Below are positions 42,901 through 57,061 of a stretch of DNA of 64,000 nucleotides, piece by piece. The position numbers and the translations under genes were made by a program. The stretch is from Adineta vaga. Lineage: Eukaryota > Animalia > Rotifera. The notes beneath the pieces are model-generated. The model was not told the origin of the DNA and searched no databases. It saw nothing but the letters and a program-made list of their open reading frames with translations. Position 1 is the stretch's first letter; the number at the start of each line of letters is the position of its first letter. The stretch spans positions 8,060,001-8,124,000 of the forward strand of contig CP075493.1 in assembly GCA_021613535.1 (NCBI GenBank), given 5' to 3'.

Positions 42901-44188
42901 ACAAATTGATGACGAAGAGAAAGAAGACAAAAATAATATTAATTTAAATAGAGAATTTTGTGATATTATTCATAAGAATGGTGGTCAAGTTTATCTTGAT
43001 GGAGCAAATATGAATGCACAAGTCGGATTATGTCGACCAGGAGATTATGGTTCTGATGTATCACATTTGAATTTACATAAAACATTCTGTATTCCACATG
43101 GTGGTGGTGGACCTGGCATGGGTATGTTTAATTATTTGAAACTTAATTAAAATAAAATTTAAATTGAATTTTGATTTTAGGACCCATCGGAGTGTAAGTT
43201 TTGTTCTTTTTTTGTTAATAAGAGAAAAAAGATTTGTATATGTTGTACAAATACTTACATAATCTATGAACTTGATATCTATTCTTTGTGTTAACATATC
43301 TAAAATGGTTTATTCTAGTAAGAAACATCTTGCACCATTTCTTCCAAATCATCCTTTATTGGAACAAAATTCTGATCATAATTCCAAAGATTCCTTTGGT
43401 CCTGTGTCATCAGCTCCATTTGGTTCGGCATCTATTTTACCAATCTCTTGGATGTATATTCGAATGATGGGTGCAGCTGGTCTTCGACGTGCAACAGAAA
43501 CAGCTATACTCAATGCTAATTATATAGCTAAACGTCTTGAATCTTCCTATAAAGTATTATTTCGTGGCAGCAATGGTTTGTTTAATGTGAAAATTTTCTT
43601 AAATCTTTTCGTTTCTTTTCTTTTTGTAAAGGTTTTGCTGCACATGAATTTATCATTGATGTCAGCCATTTTAAGGAACTTACAAATGTCGAGGCAGTGG
43701 ATATTGCTAAACGTTTACAAGATTATGGTTTTCATGCTCCAACTGTTTCATGGCCTGTTTCTGGTTCATTAATGATTGAACCAACTGAATCTGAAGATAA
43801 AGATGAATTAGATCGATTCTGTGATGCATTGATCGGTTAGTTTAGCTAGAACATTCTATATGTCAAGTTATTATTATTATTTTTTTGTTTATTTAGAAAT
43901 TCGAAAAGAAATCGCTCAAATTGAAAATGGAGAATTTGATAAGAAAAATAATCCTTTGAAGAATGCACCTCATTCACAACACGTTTTTCTGCAAGAAAAA
44001 TGGAATTTACCTTATTCATTAAACAAAGCTGTCTTCCCTATTGTAAGTTTATTGATCAATTATTTACTCGAATCTTTCTTCTTTGTTTTTCATAGCATTT
44101 CGTTTCACCAAATTATAAGTTTTGGCCATCATGTGGACGCGTGAATGATGTTTACGGTGATAAGAACTTGAAATGTCGTGTGGATTAA
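39941..44188 (+). CDS. GLDC: Glycine dehydrogenase (glycine cleavage system P protein), many exons
   Basis: [59 protein letters not shown]-lysine motif [25 protein letters not shown]. Confidence 0.97.
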
Positions 44189-44789
44189 ATTACCTCATTT
44201 TATCACTCTAACCATTGCCATATACTAAAACCTATTCCTCGTGTGATTATTTTTGCTTTTTGATTCCGTTATATTTGTTTTTCTTTTGTAATGATAAAAC
44301 TTATATGTATATCAAAATTATTTGATATCATGTAAGAGAATAAAGTGCAATCGCTGATTAGTGTAAAGAAACTCTTGAAACACAAACTAATAAAATCTCA
44401 AAGAATGAAGAAAAGGATGATATTTATGGAAGATATATCAAAGTTATATGAAAGCGACATATTGAATTTCGCAAGTCGATAGAGGTCGCGTCATTCTTTT
44501 CATACAAAAAAATAATAAAATTCGATTTGTCGATTTCTACGAGCCACTCCTCTATACTGTCGAATAGATATGTAGATGTAGACATTGTCATGTACTACTA
44601 GTCATAGTCATCATCATCAATTTATCATGAGGAAAAAAAGAAAAAAATCTACCCATGTGGTTTTTTTTCCTTTTCAAATTGAATTAGACAAATGCTTAAG
44701 CTTGTTTACGACTTCATTTATGAATAATTCAGGATAATTGCTGTATAATGACGAATCTATCGATAACGATTTACTTTCTCTAGATAAAT

Positions 44790-47700
44790 ATGTCGAATAA
44801 TAATACGATTCGTGAACTTAAACTTCATAGTCCAGCAGGTGTTGAACCAGCTGTATTTACTTGGCCAAGTATTGAACGACAAGTAATGAACATAGGATTT
44901 TCTTTACTTTTTTTTCGAATTAAAATGTTTAATTTATTATTTATTTAGAATACAAAAAAAGATGGTGTATTTATCGGTGGTGATGAAATTGTCAAAACAA
45001 TTCGTCTAGTTTTCGAAGGTAAATCATACCTAGGATAGAAAAATGATTTCATTAACATTTTCAAATAGATTATCCTGAATTATATCAACAAAATCTTGGT
45101 CTTTCAACATGTGATATACATTCGTATGCACAAATGAAAGAATTATGCGATAAATTTAATAAAATAATTGATACACATATTAAATTAAATCGTGGTACCG
45201 AAGCATTTTCTGCTCGTTTAGAACAACGTGCAACATCGAAATTATTTCGTCATATACTTGCTCAAGTTTATAGTCGAGCAGTAACTGATCCGGATAAATT
45301 ACGTGATTATGAACCATTTTCACCTTCAGTAAAGAAAAAACATATCAAATCTTGGTTTCTTTTCTCAAACAGAAATTTTCTCGTTTAGGTCTATGGTGAA
45401 ACATCACCAGATTTAATTGATTCAATACTTAAAATGATCAATTTAACTGAAGATCAAACATTTATTGATCTAGGTTCAGGTGTTGGTAACGTTGTTCTGC
45501 ATGTAGCAGCATTAGCAAATTGTAAAAATGTCTATGGAATTGAATATGAAGAAACACCAGCAGCATATGCACGCGCCATGGCCGATGAATTTCGTTGTTG
45601 GATGCGTTGGTATGGAAAACAATATTCAGATTTTCAATTAGAACATGGCGATTTTTTAACACACACAATGATGGAAGAAAGAATTAAAGAAGCCGATGTT
45701 ATCTTTGTGAATAATTATGTATTTGGTTCAAGAGTAAATCATGAATTGAAAGTAAAATTTATGAATATGAAAGGTAAGTATTGACAATATGAATGATAAT
45801 ATATAGAGATAAAAAAAAATTGGAATTGAGTATTAACGTATTATTTTATGTTCTGTTTAGATGGAGCAAGAATTGTATCATCAAGAGAATTTTGTCCGGA
45901 AACATTTCGACTTAATGATCGAACAAAGAATGATTTAGGTGCTGTTATGCATGTCACGTAAGTGAATTGAATTTCAATTTTTTCTTTTCATTTCAAAATT
46001 TCATATTTTAATAGGAAACCTGAAGAATTTTTTGGTAAAGTTAGTTGGTCGGATAAATCTGTGCAATATTATCTTCATATCATTGATCATAGTAAATTAG
46101 CACTTTATTATGAAAAACTACATCAATCACATGTAAAAGGAATAAGATCCATGTAAGTTTACTATATTTATTATTGTTCATTGAAAACTCACTTACTCTT
46201 TTAATTGCGATGTCATTAAACATTTCATAATGGAGAATAACTGATGATTGATCTATTTTGATATTGTTCTTCTTATTTTAGTCATACAAAATCGAATGAT
46301 GATGAAAATTCTCTTTCTTCATCATCATTTAATTCATCTTCTACAAATCCATCATCAAATGGTAAACATCATCGTCAAACGAAATCAATTTCTCATCAAC
46401 GATCTGAGAAAACTGATGAAAATCAATTTTCACAACATGCTGTTAAACATATGAAACGAAAAGTTAAATCTTCGACAATAAATAAAAAATCTCATCTAAA
46501 AAATCCTTCCGATAAAAATCAATTTGATTATGAATCTGATCTATCAAATGATGAATTTTCCTCTTCTAAACGTTATCGTACATCATCGAAAGATTATCAT
46601 TCAACATTAAATGATTTACATCCAACTAGTCAAACCTATTCATCAATAAATCAAAATGAACGTTTCAATCATCGTGATATGACGAAATTATGCAATGAAA
46701 ATCTTGATATACGTCATTTTCGTGATTGTTTATCTGAACAAGAAGATCGACAATTTTTCGATTCAATCAATACGTATTTGGATCGTTTCCGTCAACGTCT
46801 CTTTTCCTACTTTACCTATATGAAATCGAGTGCTTACCGTGAACATCTAAAACAACAAGTTGAGAATGAAAAAGAATTGAATCAAACATTAAAAGCAAAA
46901 GTAAATTGTTTAGAAAATAATATTAAAATCTTACTTGATGATACGATCAATTTACTTAAATTACGTACAAATGAATTAGGTATTGAAGATCTTGAACGAC
47001 CAGCTCAATTAATAACCTATGCAAATGATATATCGAATAAACATAAAGAATTACGTTCCAAAGTTGTTACACTTGAAAAAGAAATAGCTGAATATGATCA
47101 AGAAAATGAAAAATTAACATTTATTTTACAATCAATCCAAACAAATGGTCATCATTCATTAACAACAAATCATTCAATTCATGATAATACATATTCAACA
47201 TTATTAGCAAGTATGAGTAAACAAACTCAACAACAAGAAAATCATAAACAATCCTTTCTAACAACAAATTCAACAATCGAAAAAGGTAATACATTACGAT
47301 CCATTGAATATCCATTATCTACCAGTCAAAGTAAGAGAGACATAGATCATATCGAAAATAGATTTTTATTTCTTTGATTTGATTTGATATTTGTAGTTTC
47401 AACATCATCGTATGAAATAAAGAAAGTTGAAAGAAAATCTGGATTTACTATACCGAAAAAAGTCAAGAAAACTTCCGAATCAAATTTTGATAATGTTCAT
47501 ACTGTTTCACCAACGAAAAATACGGATAAACATAATACATCACAAAGTTCTTTATCGTCTCAATCATCAACAATTTCTACAAGTGTCAATACTCTTCTCT
47601 CTACTAAACAACTAGAACCCGTTCAAGTTCATTCCGTTGGACAACAAGTTAAACAACAACAACCACAAGCATCTGTTATTCAATCTGTTAGTGTTAAAAC

Positions 47701-48086
47701 ACTATTGAACAGCCCATCATCATCACCATCGAATACAAAAACATCTCAATTCGCTGATGAAATAAGGTTCATACTAAAACTTTTCATTATTATATGTTTA
47801 CAGTTTTCTTCGTTTAATTTTCAGTCGATCTATGATTATGCAATCACCACGTAAAAAACGTGATTTCTATGGAAAATCATCAGGTCCATCGAATACGCCT
47901 CCTTCATCATCAAGATCATCAACATCGTCACCAAATACAAAATCTCATCGACATATGAATACAACAGATTCATCATCGACAAATAATAATCGTCCATCAT
48001 CAACACCAGCATGTACAGCAACTATTTCTGCACCTACTCTACCGGATCGACCTGTTTCTATTCCTCCATTGAAAACTTCCACTTAA
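44790..48086 (+). CDS. DOT1L: Histone H3K79 methyltransferase DOT1L
   Basis: LKLHSPAGVEPAVFTWP, YEPFSPSVYGET, FIDLGSGVGNVV and FVNNYVFG, followed by a coiled coil and low-complexity C-terminus. Distal exon boundaries are less certain. Confidence 0.93.
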
Positions 48087-50118
48087 ATTTCTCGATGGAC
48101 AGTATTCTAAATGAACCAACAGAAAAGAACAAGTTCTTTTTCAAAACTTTTTCTCAGGTATAATGTATTTAATCTTCTCTTCGATAAATCACATATTCAT
48201 TCATCTAGCTGTATCAGCTGTCTTATCGTTTTGATTCTCGTTTGTTTTTGTTTCTAATATTTGTTCTTCTTGATTAAAAGAATGTGTTGATAAATTATTG
48301 AAGAAAATTTTCTTCGATCATGTATTCTTTGTTTTTGCTTTTTCTTTCATTGTAACATTATCTTATTCGATACATGTATTCATATTTGTTGTGTATATGT
48401 CTGTAGTTTATTGTCAATTCATTCCTTTCCTTCTTCTTTTTTGACAAGAGATAATGAACAGAAAAACATAAGATTTGTAATAAAAAAGATTCTCATCAAA
48501 ATATATACAGAAGACATACACACCTAACCGACGAAATATATCACAACATGTTTACTCACATTTTGCTTTTCTAACGTCGACTTATGAATATTGGCTGTTT
48601 ACATCATTGTCTATTCATTGACTAACGAAAAATATTTTACTGGCAAAATGTCCGAAAGAAAATTTTCTCTCCTTGAAAATGATGATGCGAACAATGTATG
48701 TTCATGAAAAGTATCGTCCACTCAGTTGAGATTATATTTGTATTTGATCACTAGATATCTGTTGAACTGAAACATCATTGTCTTTTCAATATGTAAAAAC
48801 AATAGTATGCTTTTTTCCTTCGCCAACGCAATGTAAGATACAAGGTTACATCACAATCTATTTTTCGCATTTGTGTTAATACTTACACAATCATCGTATT
48901 TGAATACGTTCTCCATAATCGTCAAGGTATCGATATGCAATATATGTTGCTTATTCGTTTTTTTGATAGTTTTATTTGATTTGACATAGAAGCAATGGTT
49001 TGCATACAAACATACCATTTGAAAAGATTTTTTTCATGATCATAAACTGTTTCGCTTGATCAAATGCCACTGATAATATAGAAGGAACCATAAAAATCGG
49101 AAGGTTATCTTTTTTTTTATCTTTTGAATGAATGCTTAAAAAACGGTCAAAACATTTATTTTACTTATTTATGAGACCTCTTACTTTTTGTTAAATGAAC
49201 TGATTCGATAAGATATTGTTGTTTTCAATAATTTAGAAAATAAAGCTTAAAAATTGATTATTATTGCAATAATATTCAATGTATCACTGTAAAATGTACG
49301 AATAAACAAAATATTGTCAGCTTTCATAACTGTATGTACATAGAATGTAATTAAACGATGATTGTTGGATGACATGTGTTTCTGATCAATATGAATAGAT
49401 TACTCATTAAAAACGAAAGATCTTTGACTCAGTCAAATTAAAATGAATCGTTTGTCTAATCAAATCTCTACAGAAATGAGAATCATTATAGTGTTCGTCT
49501 TTATAAACACATTGCTTTTGAAATGGTAACCAACTCAGAATAATCATGCTTACTGTTGTATTCCCTTTCATACCTATGAAACAGTTCCACAATTCTGTCT
49601 GAGTGATCGAAAGTATAATCACTTTATTCGTCTCGTGAATACTGGATATTACTATGAAATCATCATGGAATATAATCAATTGGATATAACGAAAAATGAA
49701 TATCTTATAATTTTAACGAATCATAGTTATAAGTGAAAAAGAAATACTTGGAGACCAATTATATTCTGTTTATAAATTAATAATCGATCTTGACCAATCT
49801 TAAAGAATATTTATATTTCATCGATATTCGAGTGGACAAACAGCCATGAAAACTAATTCCTAGGAAAGAATGAATACTAACTAATACATTTTAGTAATTT
49901 TTCTTTTTCCGTATTCAATGAGAAGATTTCGAGCGAGAAAAAACATTTTTTTGTCTATTTATGACCTTGATGATACATTGAATATTCGGTTGTTTTTTAA
50001 CTGACAGATCGTAAAACCTACGCGTATCTGAAAAGATACAATATCCACATGTAATTGCGTACATAATGTGCATGAATGATTTTCACCTAATGTGATGAGC
50101 GAATATACTATATAAGAC

Positions 50119-50470
50119 ATGATTTTTCGAAGCTAATACCACCATAATAACAAGTCGACGATTGCTCATTTATTGACAATCACCGCAATTTTAATCGTTA
50201 TATTTGTTTATACAAACAATGTTCCTCAACGAAGACATGTTGGTTTCAATCATCGTGAGAACGAAAAACCGGAAATCAAAATAATTGGGGAAGCTTTATA
50301 TGCTCTCAAGGATGATAAATTAAATGAGCTGAATGGGTGAGACGTGAATGTGGCGAATTGCATAAAAAATGGTGACAAAAAGCATGCAAAAGGTTCGATC
50401 TTGAATACTATAGCACTCCTGGAAAAAGTGGCAAAAAAAAGAATTATAACAGTAGCAGAAATCATGATGC
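50119..50470 (+). pseudogene. Possible decayed fragment of a type II membrane protein gene
   Basis: One frame reads MIFRS*YHHNNKSTIAHLLTITAILIVIFVYTNN...ELNG*DVNVANC..., with a TM-like segment and two in-frame stops. Confidence 0.3.
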
Positions 50471-50844
50471 GTTTATTGACTCTTCCTTTCTTTCTTTCAG
50501 TTAGAAATCCATCTAATCATTATATTAGTCTCTTTCTAAATTTTAGTTTTCTTCTCTTCTCTTCTTTCGATTTTATTTATTCTTCAAATAAACTAGGATA
50601 TAGCCTTCAAACACAAAAAACTTGTTATTCACGTTCTCTATCGCACGAACATAAATAAGAATCTTGAGGGTGTAGGTATAAGTGAAGATATAGCTCTTTT
50701 CTCTTCTCTCACACTCTACATGCTATGTAATCTTAGTCAAAAGTGAAAATTGCTTCGATTGTAACTATCATTTTATTGAAATTTGTTTTTATTAATGCTT
50801 ATAGTGAATTCGAGATTGAAATAAAAACTTATGGAGAAACTTGT

Positions 50845-52764
50845 TCATAATCTCGTGTCCTCTAATCGATGAATATTAATTGATGATTCATATCGTACAC
50901 AGAGCCAATTATTATTGGAAATACTTATATTAATTGGTGATTCACGTCGAACTCCATCATAGATCAAATGACATTCACCTTTAACTCGACCCATTTGATC
51001 AAACATTAGTAAATGACCAGTCAAATATTCGATAACAATAAAAACATTTAATTTTTCACACCATTCCGTTCTTGGTGTATAGTATACATCATCATGCCAA
51101 CAGTCTTTCAGATATATACGTTTAATAGGTATCCAATTGTTTCCATTATTTGTCAAATTATATATACAAATACCTACTTCATGACGATGCTTAAATCGAT
51201 ATGTTAGAATCATTTGTCCATTTATTCCAACAGCTAAATCACTTATTTCACCAAGAATTGGTCCAACAATCCGATTATTTCGAATAGATATTATATCACG
51301 AAATGTTTTACATATTTTTTCTTCTTTATCATAATTCAACAGAATAATTTCATCACCATTTTCAGATATACTACCCGATGCAGATACTAAATAAATATAT
51401 GTATTATCACATGTAATTCGTTTCATACTACGATCAGGAAATTCATAGAACTCTTCCATGTCTAATGTGTCACTATGAAGAAGACGTAAACGTGCTCGAT
51501 TAAGTAATAAATATCCTCGAAGTTTAGTTGAATATGATATATCTTGAATCCAATCAACATCACCACCACTAATCGTTGGATTCGGTTGAGTCCAATCAAT
51601 ATTTTGTCGTATCGTCGGGTCAGTTATATCTGGTATCAAAGTTAAACGCGTACACCCTAATCGTTGATGATAATTATTGTATAATAATTGATTTTCATAA
51701 CAACATACAGTACCAACAAATTTATCATTGTCAGCAGCAATCATAATTGGATTTCGACGTTCAATATTTGCTGTATAACCAGCTTCAAATTCGTCATCTG
51801 TTACGCTTTCATTTGTTACCTGATTTGTAGTATGATTATCTATTAATTCGCTCGTTTCAATGTTTGATTCGAATGTAAGTAGAGCTTCCTCTACACTTGG
51901 TAGGGTAGTGGCAGTTGGAGCAGATATTATTGAATTCCTATTTACTAATACATTTGCATTGGATAAAGAAGGCATAGACTCAACTTCGGGTGTTGCTGGA
52001 TGTGATATACTACCAGTAATTTCATCTTCATCATTTGTTACAGGAATATCAGTAGAATATGGAGAAGATTCGATCGTTTCCGTTTCATGCTGTGTTGCCG
52101 AATAATTGGATGTATTGAGGTTTAAATGGGAGAGAAGTTTTGAATTTAAACTTGCATCATCACGAGATAAATTCGGTAAAGTTTGTAATTGATTGAATCT
52201 TTCGAAAACTTGTTGTTGTAATGTAATAGCAGTATCTAATTGTTCATGAACAATATGTTGTTCATATTCAACCAATAAATCGAACCTATCTCGCAATGAT
52301 ACAACATGCGACTGAATATCTTCTCGATTTCGAATATGCATCAGAACTTCATCAGCAATATCATTGATATCTTGTATACGTTTGCGTTTCTATACGAAAA
52401 AAATTAAAAACAAAGAGAATCTCTATAATAGAAAAATTTTCAATGACTATTCGTCAATGTTTCATCTCCATCTTTCAAATTCAATACAAACCCAACTTTC
52501 AACAGCAATCTTGGCATCTTCACAGCTATTGTCTCCAACCATTTGTTCAATTTCCAGTAATCGTTCTCCAACAACATTTCGAACATATTGAAATTCTTGA
52601 TCAATATATTGGGCATGAAAATGAATGCATGAAAAATCGAATTTATCTCCGCAAGTACAGACTAAATCGAATGGTCGATCAAGACAGTAACTACAAACTT
52701 CTTTTGGCAATGATGATGATGATGATTCTGCCATTGATGTTGTTAATGTTGGCGATGCTGACAT
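50845..52764 (-). CDS. Uncharacterised protein of about 605 aa: B-box-like Zn motif, coiled coil, S/T/E-rich linker and beta-propeller-like C-terminus (exons 52764-52492, 52389-50845)
   Basis: CSYC-x8-CTC-x7-C-x3-H, a helical heptad region and a beta-rich C-terminus (ISDLAVG, SPINISIS). A phase-0 intron joins the two ORFs. Confidence 0.7.
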
Positions 52765-55700
52765 GAAATATTTTCTTTGAGAATTTTTGTAATAAATCTA
52801 TTTTTCACTTGCAAACGTCGTAATCAATCTTAAAAAGAAGAATAAATGAAATGCAAACGTAGCATGCACATTATTTCGTCCTCTACACTTATTTTCTTGT
52901 ATTTGAAGTAAAAAAGGAAGAAAAAACAACATATCTTGTCACGTTTTATGAGTATTAACTAAACGAAAAGAAAAGTTAATGTTATTGTGCAATAACAATC
53001 CGAAAATAAACTAACTCTTTTTTTTTCTAGTACACAAATATTTAAGTGAAACGTACTTTTTTATATACTGCTTTCTTTTTCGTTTTCGGCTTACAATGAT
53101 AATACATGTTCATCATGTTGAAAAGTATATTTCGGGGAACGAATCGGTATTTTCGATGATTGTACATATAAACCATCTTTTCCCCCATGTTAAAATAGCA
53201 AAATTATAATACTATGATGGACACTTGTTTTCAATATATGCATCACACAAGTACAGAAGAAGATAGTAAATTTTATTTGAATAAAATTCGTATTCATTGC
53301 AGATTACAACTGAGAAATTTTGATTTCATTGTTAATTCATTCATTATATTTCATTTCTTGAACTTACAAATTAAAGGCTAAGTTATCTCTTTATTTTTTT
53401 CTCAAATAATCTATTCCAATTGATAAACAATGACATACAAAGCATTTATCATTTTTCATTGACTTTCTATGCATAATGGAAATAACGTATGAGCTAGAGA
53501 TCATTTATTATCGTCTTAAACTTGATCAATTATTTCATTCTGTTTAGTTTCAGATTCAATCTATACATCGTCGTTAGTCAATATTCGTAATAGTAGTAAG
53601 TATGAAAGAAAAAAACAGGCGTATTCTTCTCACCTTCAACTGTCATTGTGTATTATTGATCATCGGATTAGAGAATGAAAGAATCAATTGTCACACTATA
53701 ATTGTGTCATATTTCCGTTTTAGGTGTCTTCTTTTTCTTTTTAGCTTAGTTGTTGTCGCGTAGCGATAAACTGTAAACAAAGACTAAACTTTAGAGAGAG
53801 ATCAAGTTACTTGAATATAATCTTTGACACGCACATGATTATTTATCTAGGTACGGTTCAATATTCGACGAGTGAGAGAACAGAAATCAAAAGAATTTTT
53901 TATGAAAAAAATGATGATGAAATTCAATCAAGTGGATGAATGTATTAGTACAAATGAATTATGCTATATATTACTTTCTTGATTACATTTATATGAAATA
54001 TTTACACAAATATGAAAAAATATGTTATATATATATATATATATGTGTGTGTGTGCAAGTTCTAAAAGTCTTCTCTTTCTTGTTTCATTAATGAACGTCT
54101 CTATTCAGGTAAATTCTGATAAGGAAATGAATGCTTGACAGATGATGCGTGGCAAATATTGTTTAATTTGATTTCTATTATTCTTTTCTTTCTATATGTT
54201 CAGTTGATTTAGAACAGATTCACTCTCTTCCCTTTCAACATTTTTCTATTAGATTGAATCAAGCGAGATTAATTTTTCCAATTACTTAACACGCACCATA
54301 AGTTTGTTCCTTTCTGAACTTGATCAAGATTAAATTGAATGCACAAATTAGCAAGGATGAATTACTTTTACTCATTCGATTCCGTAATATATTGATGACC
54401 AAGGAAAATGTATAAAATACATTATAAGATCACACTTTTCTTATTTTACATGATGATAACATCATTATCGCTCCTTATATTATTAAGTTCTTCTTTTCTT
54501 TTCTATACTATGTAACAAGTCTCTGAAAGATGTTTGTTGTTATTGATAATAATAATAATAATGGATGGTATTAGTGGAAGAAAAATAAACTAGTCGGGCT
54601 CTTCTCTAGTTCTTTTCCTTTCTCAATGCAGGTTATTGTTGTTGTCATCATCGTTTGTAAAAAAAGAGAGTTGATAGTAGTAAAAGAATGCACGTCGACC
54701 GCCGAAGCATGTATATACATCATCATATACTTTGTGTTTTCCTAATAGACTCGTGCTTCTCTTTCTATTACCCTCTGGCCCAATTCTCTTGTCAAAAATA
54801 CTCAGTAGTATTACTACTGATGCCTGTTGCTCTTTTCTTTTTCTTTTTTTATTCAACATCGTCTGTCTTATTGTTATATGGTAGCTGTAGTTATAGTAGG
54901 TACGGCCGATAGTATCCAGAGAAAAGAAGAAAATTCGATTCTTTACTTCTCGATTTTTTTCCTTCTTTTTTCTTTCGTTCTTTTTTCCTAGATCTATGCT
55001 CGTCGTCAAAATTGGCGTCCTGTTTCAAGCGCAAATATTATTGGCGTCACAATGATGGAAGAAGAAGAAGAGAAAGAAGACGAACATGTGAAAACAAGAA
55101 GTATGTGCGCATACAAACATATAAGCATACTATAGCACTATTCTTTCTTCTTATTCATCTATCTATTCCTTTCTCAAACATGTATAAAAACAAATTCGAC
55201 CGATCACACGACCACATCATTAATCCCAAACTGGTAAGCGTTCTTTTCTTTCTTTTATATCCCACCCTCTTTTCTTCGTCGTGTGCCTAGTGCGAATAGG
55301 TCAATAATAAAATAAAAAAAGGGGAATAAGAGAGCGAGAGAGAAGGAGAGGAAAAAAGAAGAAATAAGAGAAAACTGGCATACAAGCATGCTCTGCATCT
55401 ATCTATTTTTGTATCGAGGGAGAACAAAAGATCGACGATCGGAAGAGAAGCGAACAAGAAAGAGAGAGAGAGAGAAGACAGCACAACATTGTAGCCGACG
55501 CCGCGAGCGCATCATCACATCATTCAGCTTGCGTCTTTCTCGACGAGAAGCAGCAATAGTAATAGTTATAATAGAAGCACCAAATACAAATAAGATTCGA
55601 TAAATTCATATGTTAATTGCTGAATTTTCATAGGAAAAAGAGTAAGTTTATTTTATTATTCTATTCAAATATAGAGAAATTAATCAAAAAAAGAATTTTG

Positions 55701-56031
55701 TTTTATTTATTACAATCAATTATTTATCCATTGTTTAAATATTAAAGGTTTGGGAAAACATATACATATTTATCCTTCGACCTTTTGTTTATTCTTCAGA
55801 TGTAGGCATACATCAGTAAATACGATAATTCTCTATCAAACAAATCTATAAACAATTTTCAAGTTAACTAGTCTTCAATCAGATTGTCTTGAAGCTGAAA
55901 AAAAATATCTCTGCATGTAATGACAGAGCATTTAAGCAAGTATGCTTGCCATTTGACATCAATCATGTAGAAAAGTAGAAGTACAGAGAGTTCATTCGAA
56001 ACTATGTTTTTTTTTCTTTACATTATCTTTA

Positions 56032-56104
56032 TTTGTGTCAGCAAAGAGATCGTGCTATGTGTAAACCGAAGTTCATATCACAGTCTTGCTTTGTTGACAT
56101 GAAA
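56032..56104 (+). ncRNA. mir-2: pre-miRNA, miR-2 family (mature 3p about 56076-56098, UAUCACAGUCUUGCUUUGUUGAC)
   Basis: miR-2 seed AUCACAG on the 3' arm. The 5' arm gtgtcagcaaagagatcgtgctatg pairs with catatcacagtcttgctttgttgacat. Confidence 0.85.
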
Positions 56105-56208
56105 CGAACATTCATCGTATGCAATATACAGGTAAAACTTAATAATAATCTATTCTCATTCAGTTATTTCGTTTTTAGTTCTTTTTTTCTATAAATTTCG
56201 ATTAAACA

Positions 56209-56294
56209 TGGCGATTCCTATCAGTACACAGTCTGTGAAATGTTGTGATAAAATCAAAGTCATATCACAGCCTGCTTGCTGATGTACATCGTCA
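56209..56294 (+). ncRNA. mir-2: pre-miRNA, miR-2 family, second copy (mature 3p about 56263-56284, UAUCACAGCCUGCUUGCUGAUG)
   Basis: Same seed. Stem pairings tggcgat/atcgtca, atcagta/tgctgat, ctgtga/tcacag and atg/cat. Confidence 0.85.
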
Positions 56295-57061
56295 ATACCT
56301 TCACATCATACTGTATCTATTCGTATTAAAATCATCATCAATACGAAAAAACATATTTTTGTACTTATTTAAAAGTGAACCTATCATCTATCACACAAGG
56401 GCATGATAAACTTTGAAGAAAAAGAAAATGTTTCTCAATAACAAATATTCTTATCTTATTTAATTCAGCTGTAAATGAACCGTAGCATTTATCTCTACAT
56501 GTGTTCATCTGTTACCGATAAAATGAACAAATGTGCATCAAAACGATGTTATCTTGATCGAATAAGAAAAATATCGATTTTGAATCGATTGTTTTTCTTA
56601 TTTTCATTAAATTCCAATCAATGATAATCATTCCTAGGATGATAAGACTGATGATCAAATCTATTTATTTTTCTTTTGATAATGAAGCGAGAAAACAAGA
56701 GAAGAAATCAGTATAGTTTGCATACTTCCGGTATTATATTGTTAACAGTTAAGTAGCACTAAAAACACCCGCGGGTTAGATAGTGTTAACACTCACTGTA
56801 TTTACAATGAATAAAAATTAGTTTTACATTATCATGTTTTGCTAAAAACAAAACAACAATGAATCTCTTTTTTTGTACTATTTCAACTCAATTTTTGGAA
56901 AACAATTGATTAGAATTTCTAGTCTGAAATCGTACGACCTCTGTGAATAATTGATTTCATAAGATAAATGAATCTTGCTGATGGTATTCTGTGGAATTTG
57001 CGAGCTATTCAAATTCAATTCATCTTCTCAATTCTCATTCTCATCAGACTATTTTCAACAA

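Noticed and set aside
54623-55603. Several 65-128 aa ORFs rich in R/E/K or F/L/S
   Set aside because: By-products of GA/CT low-complexity promoter-like sequence.
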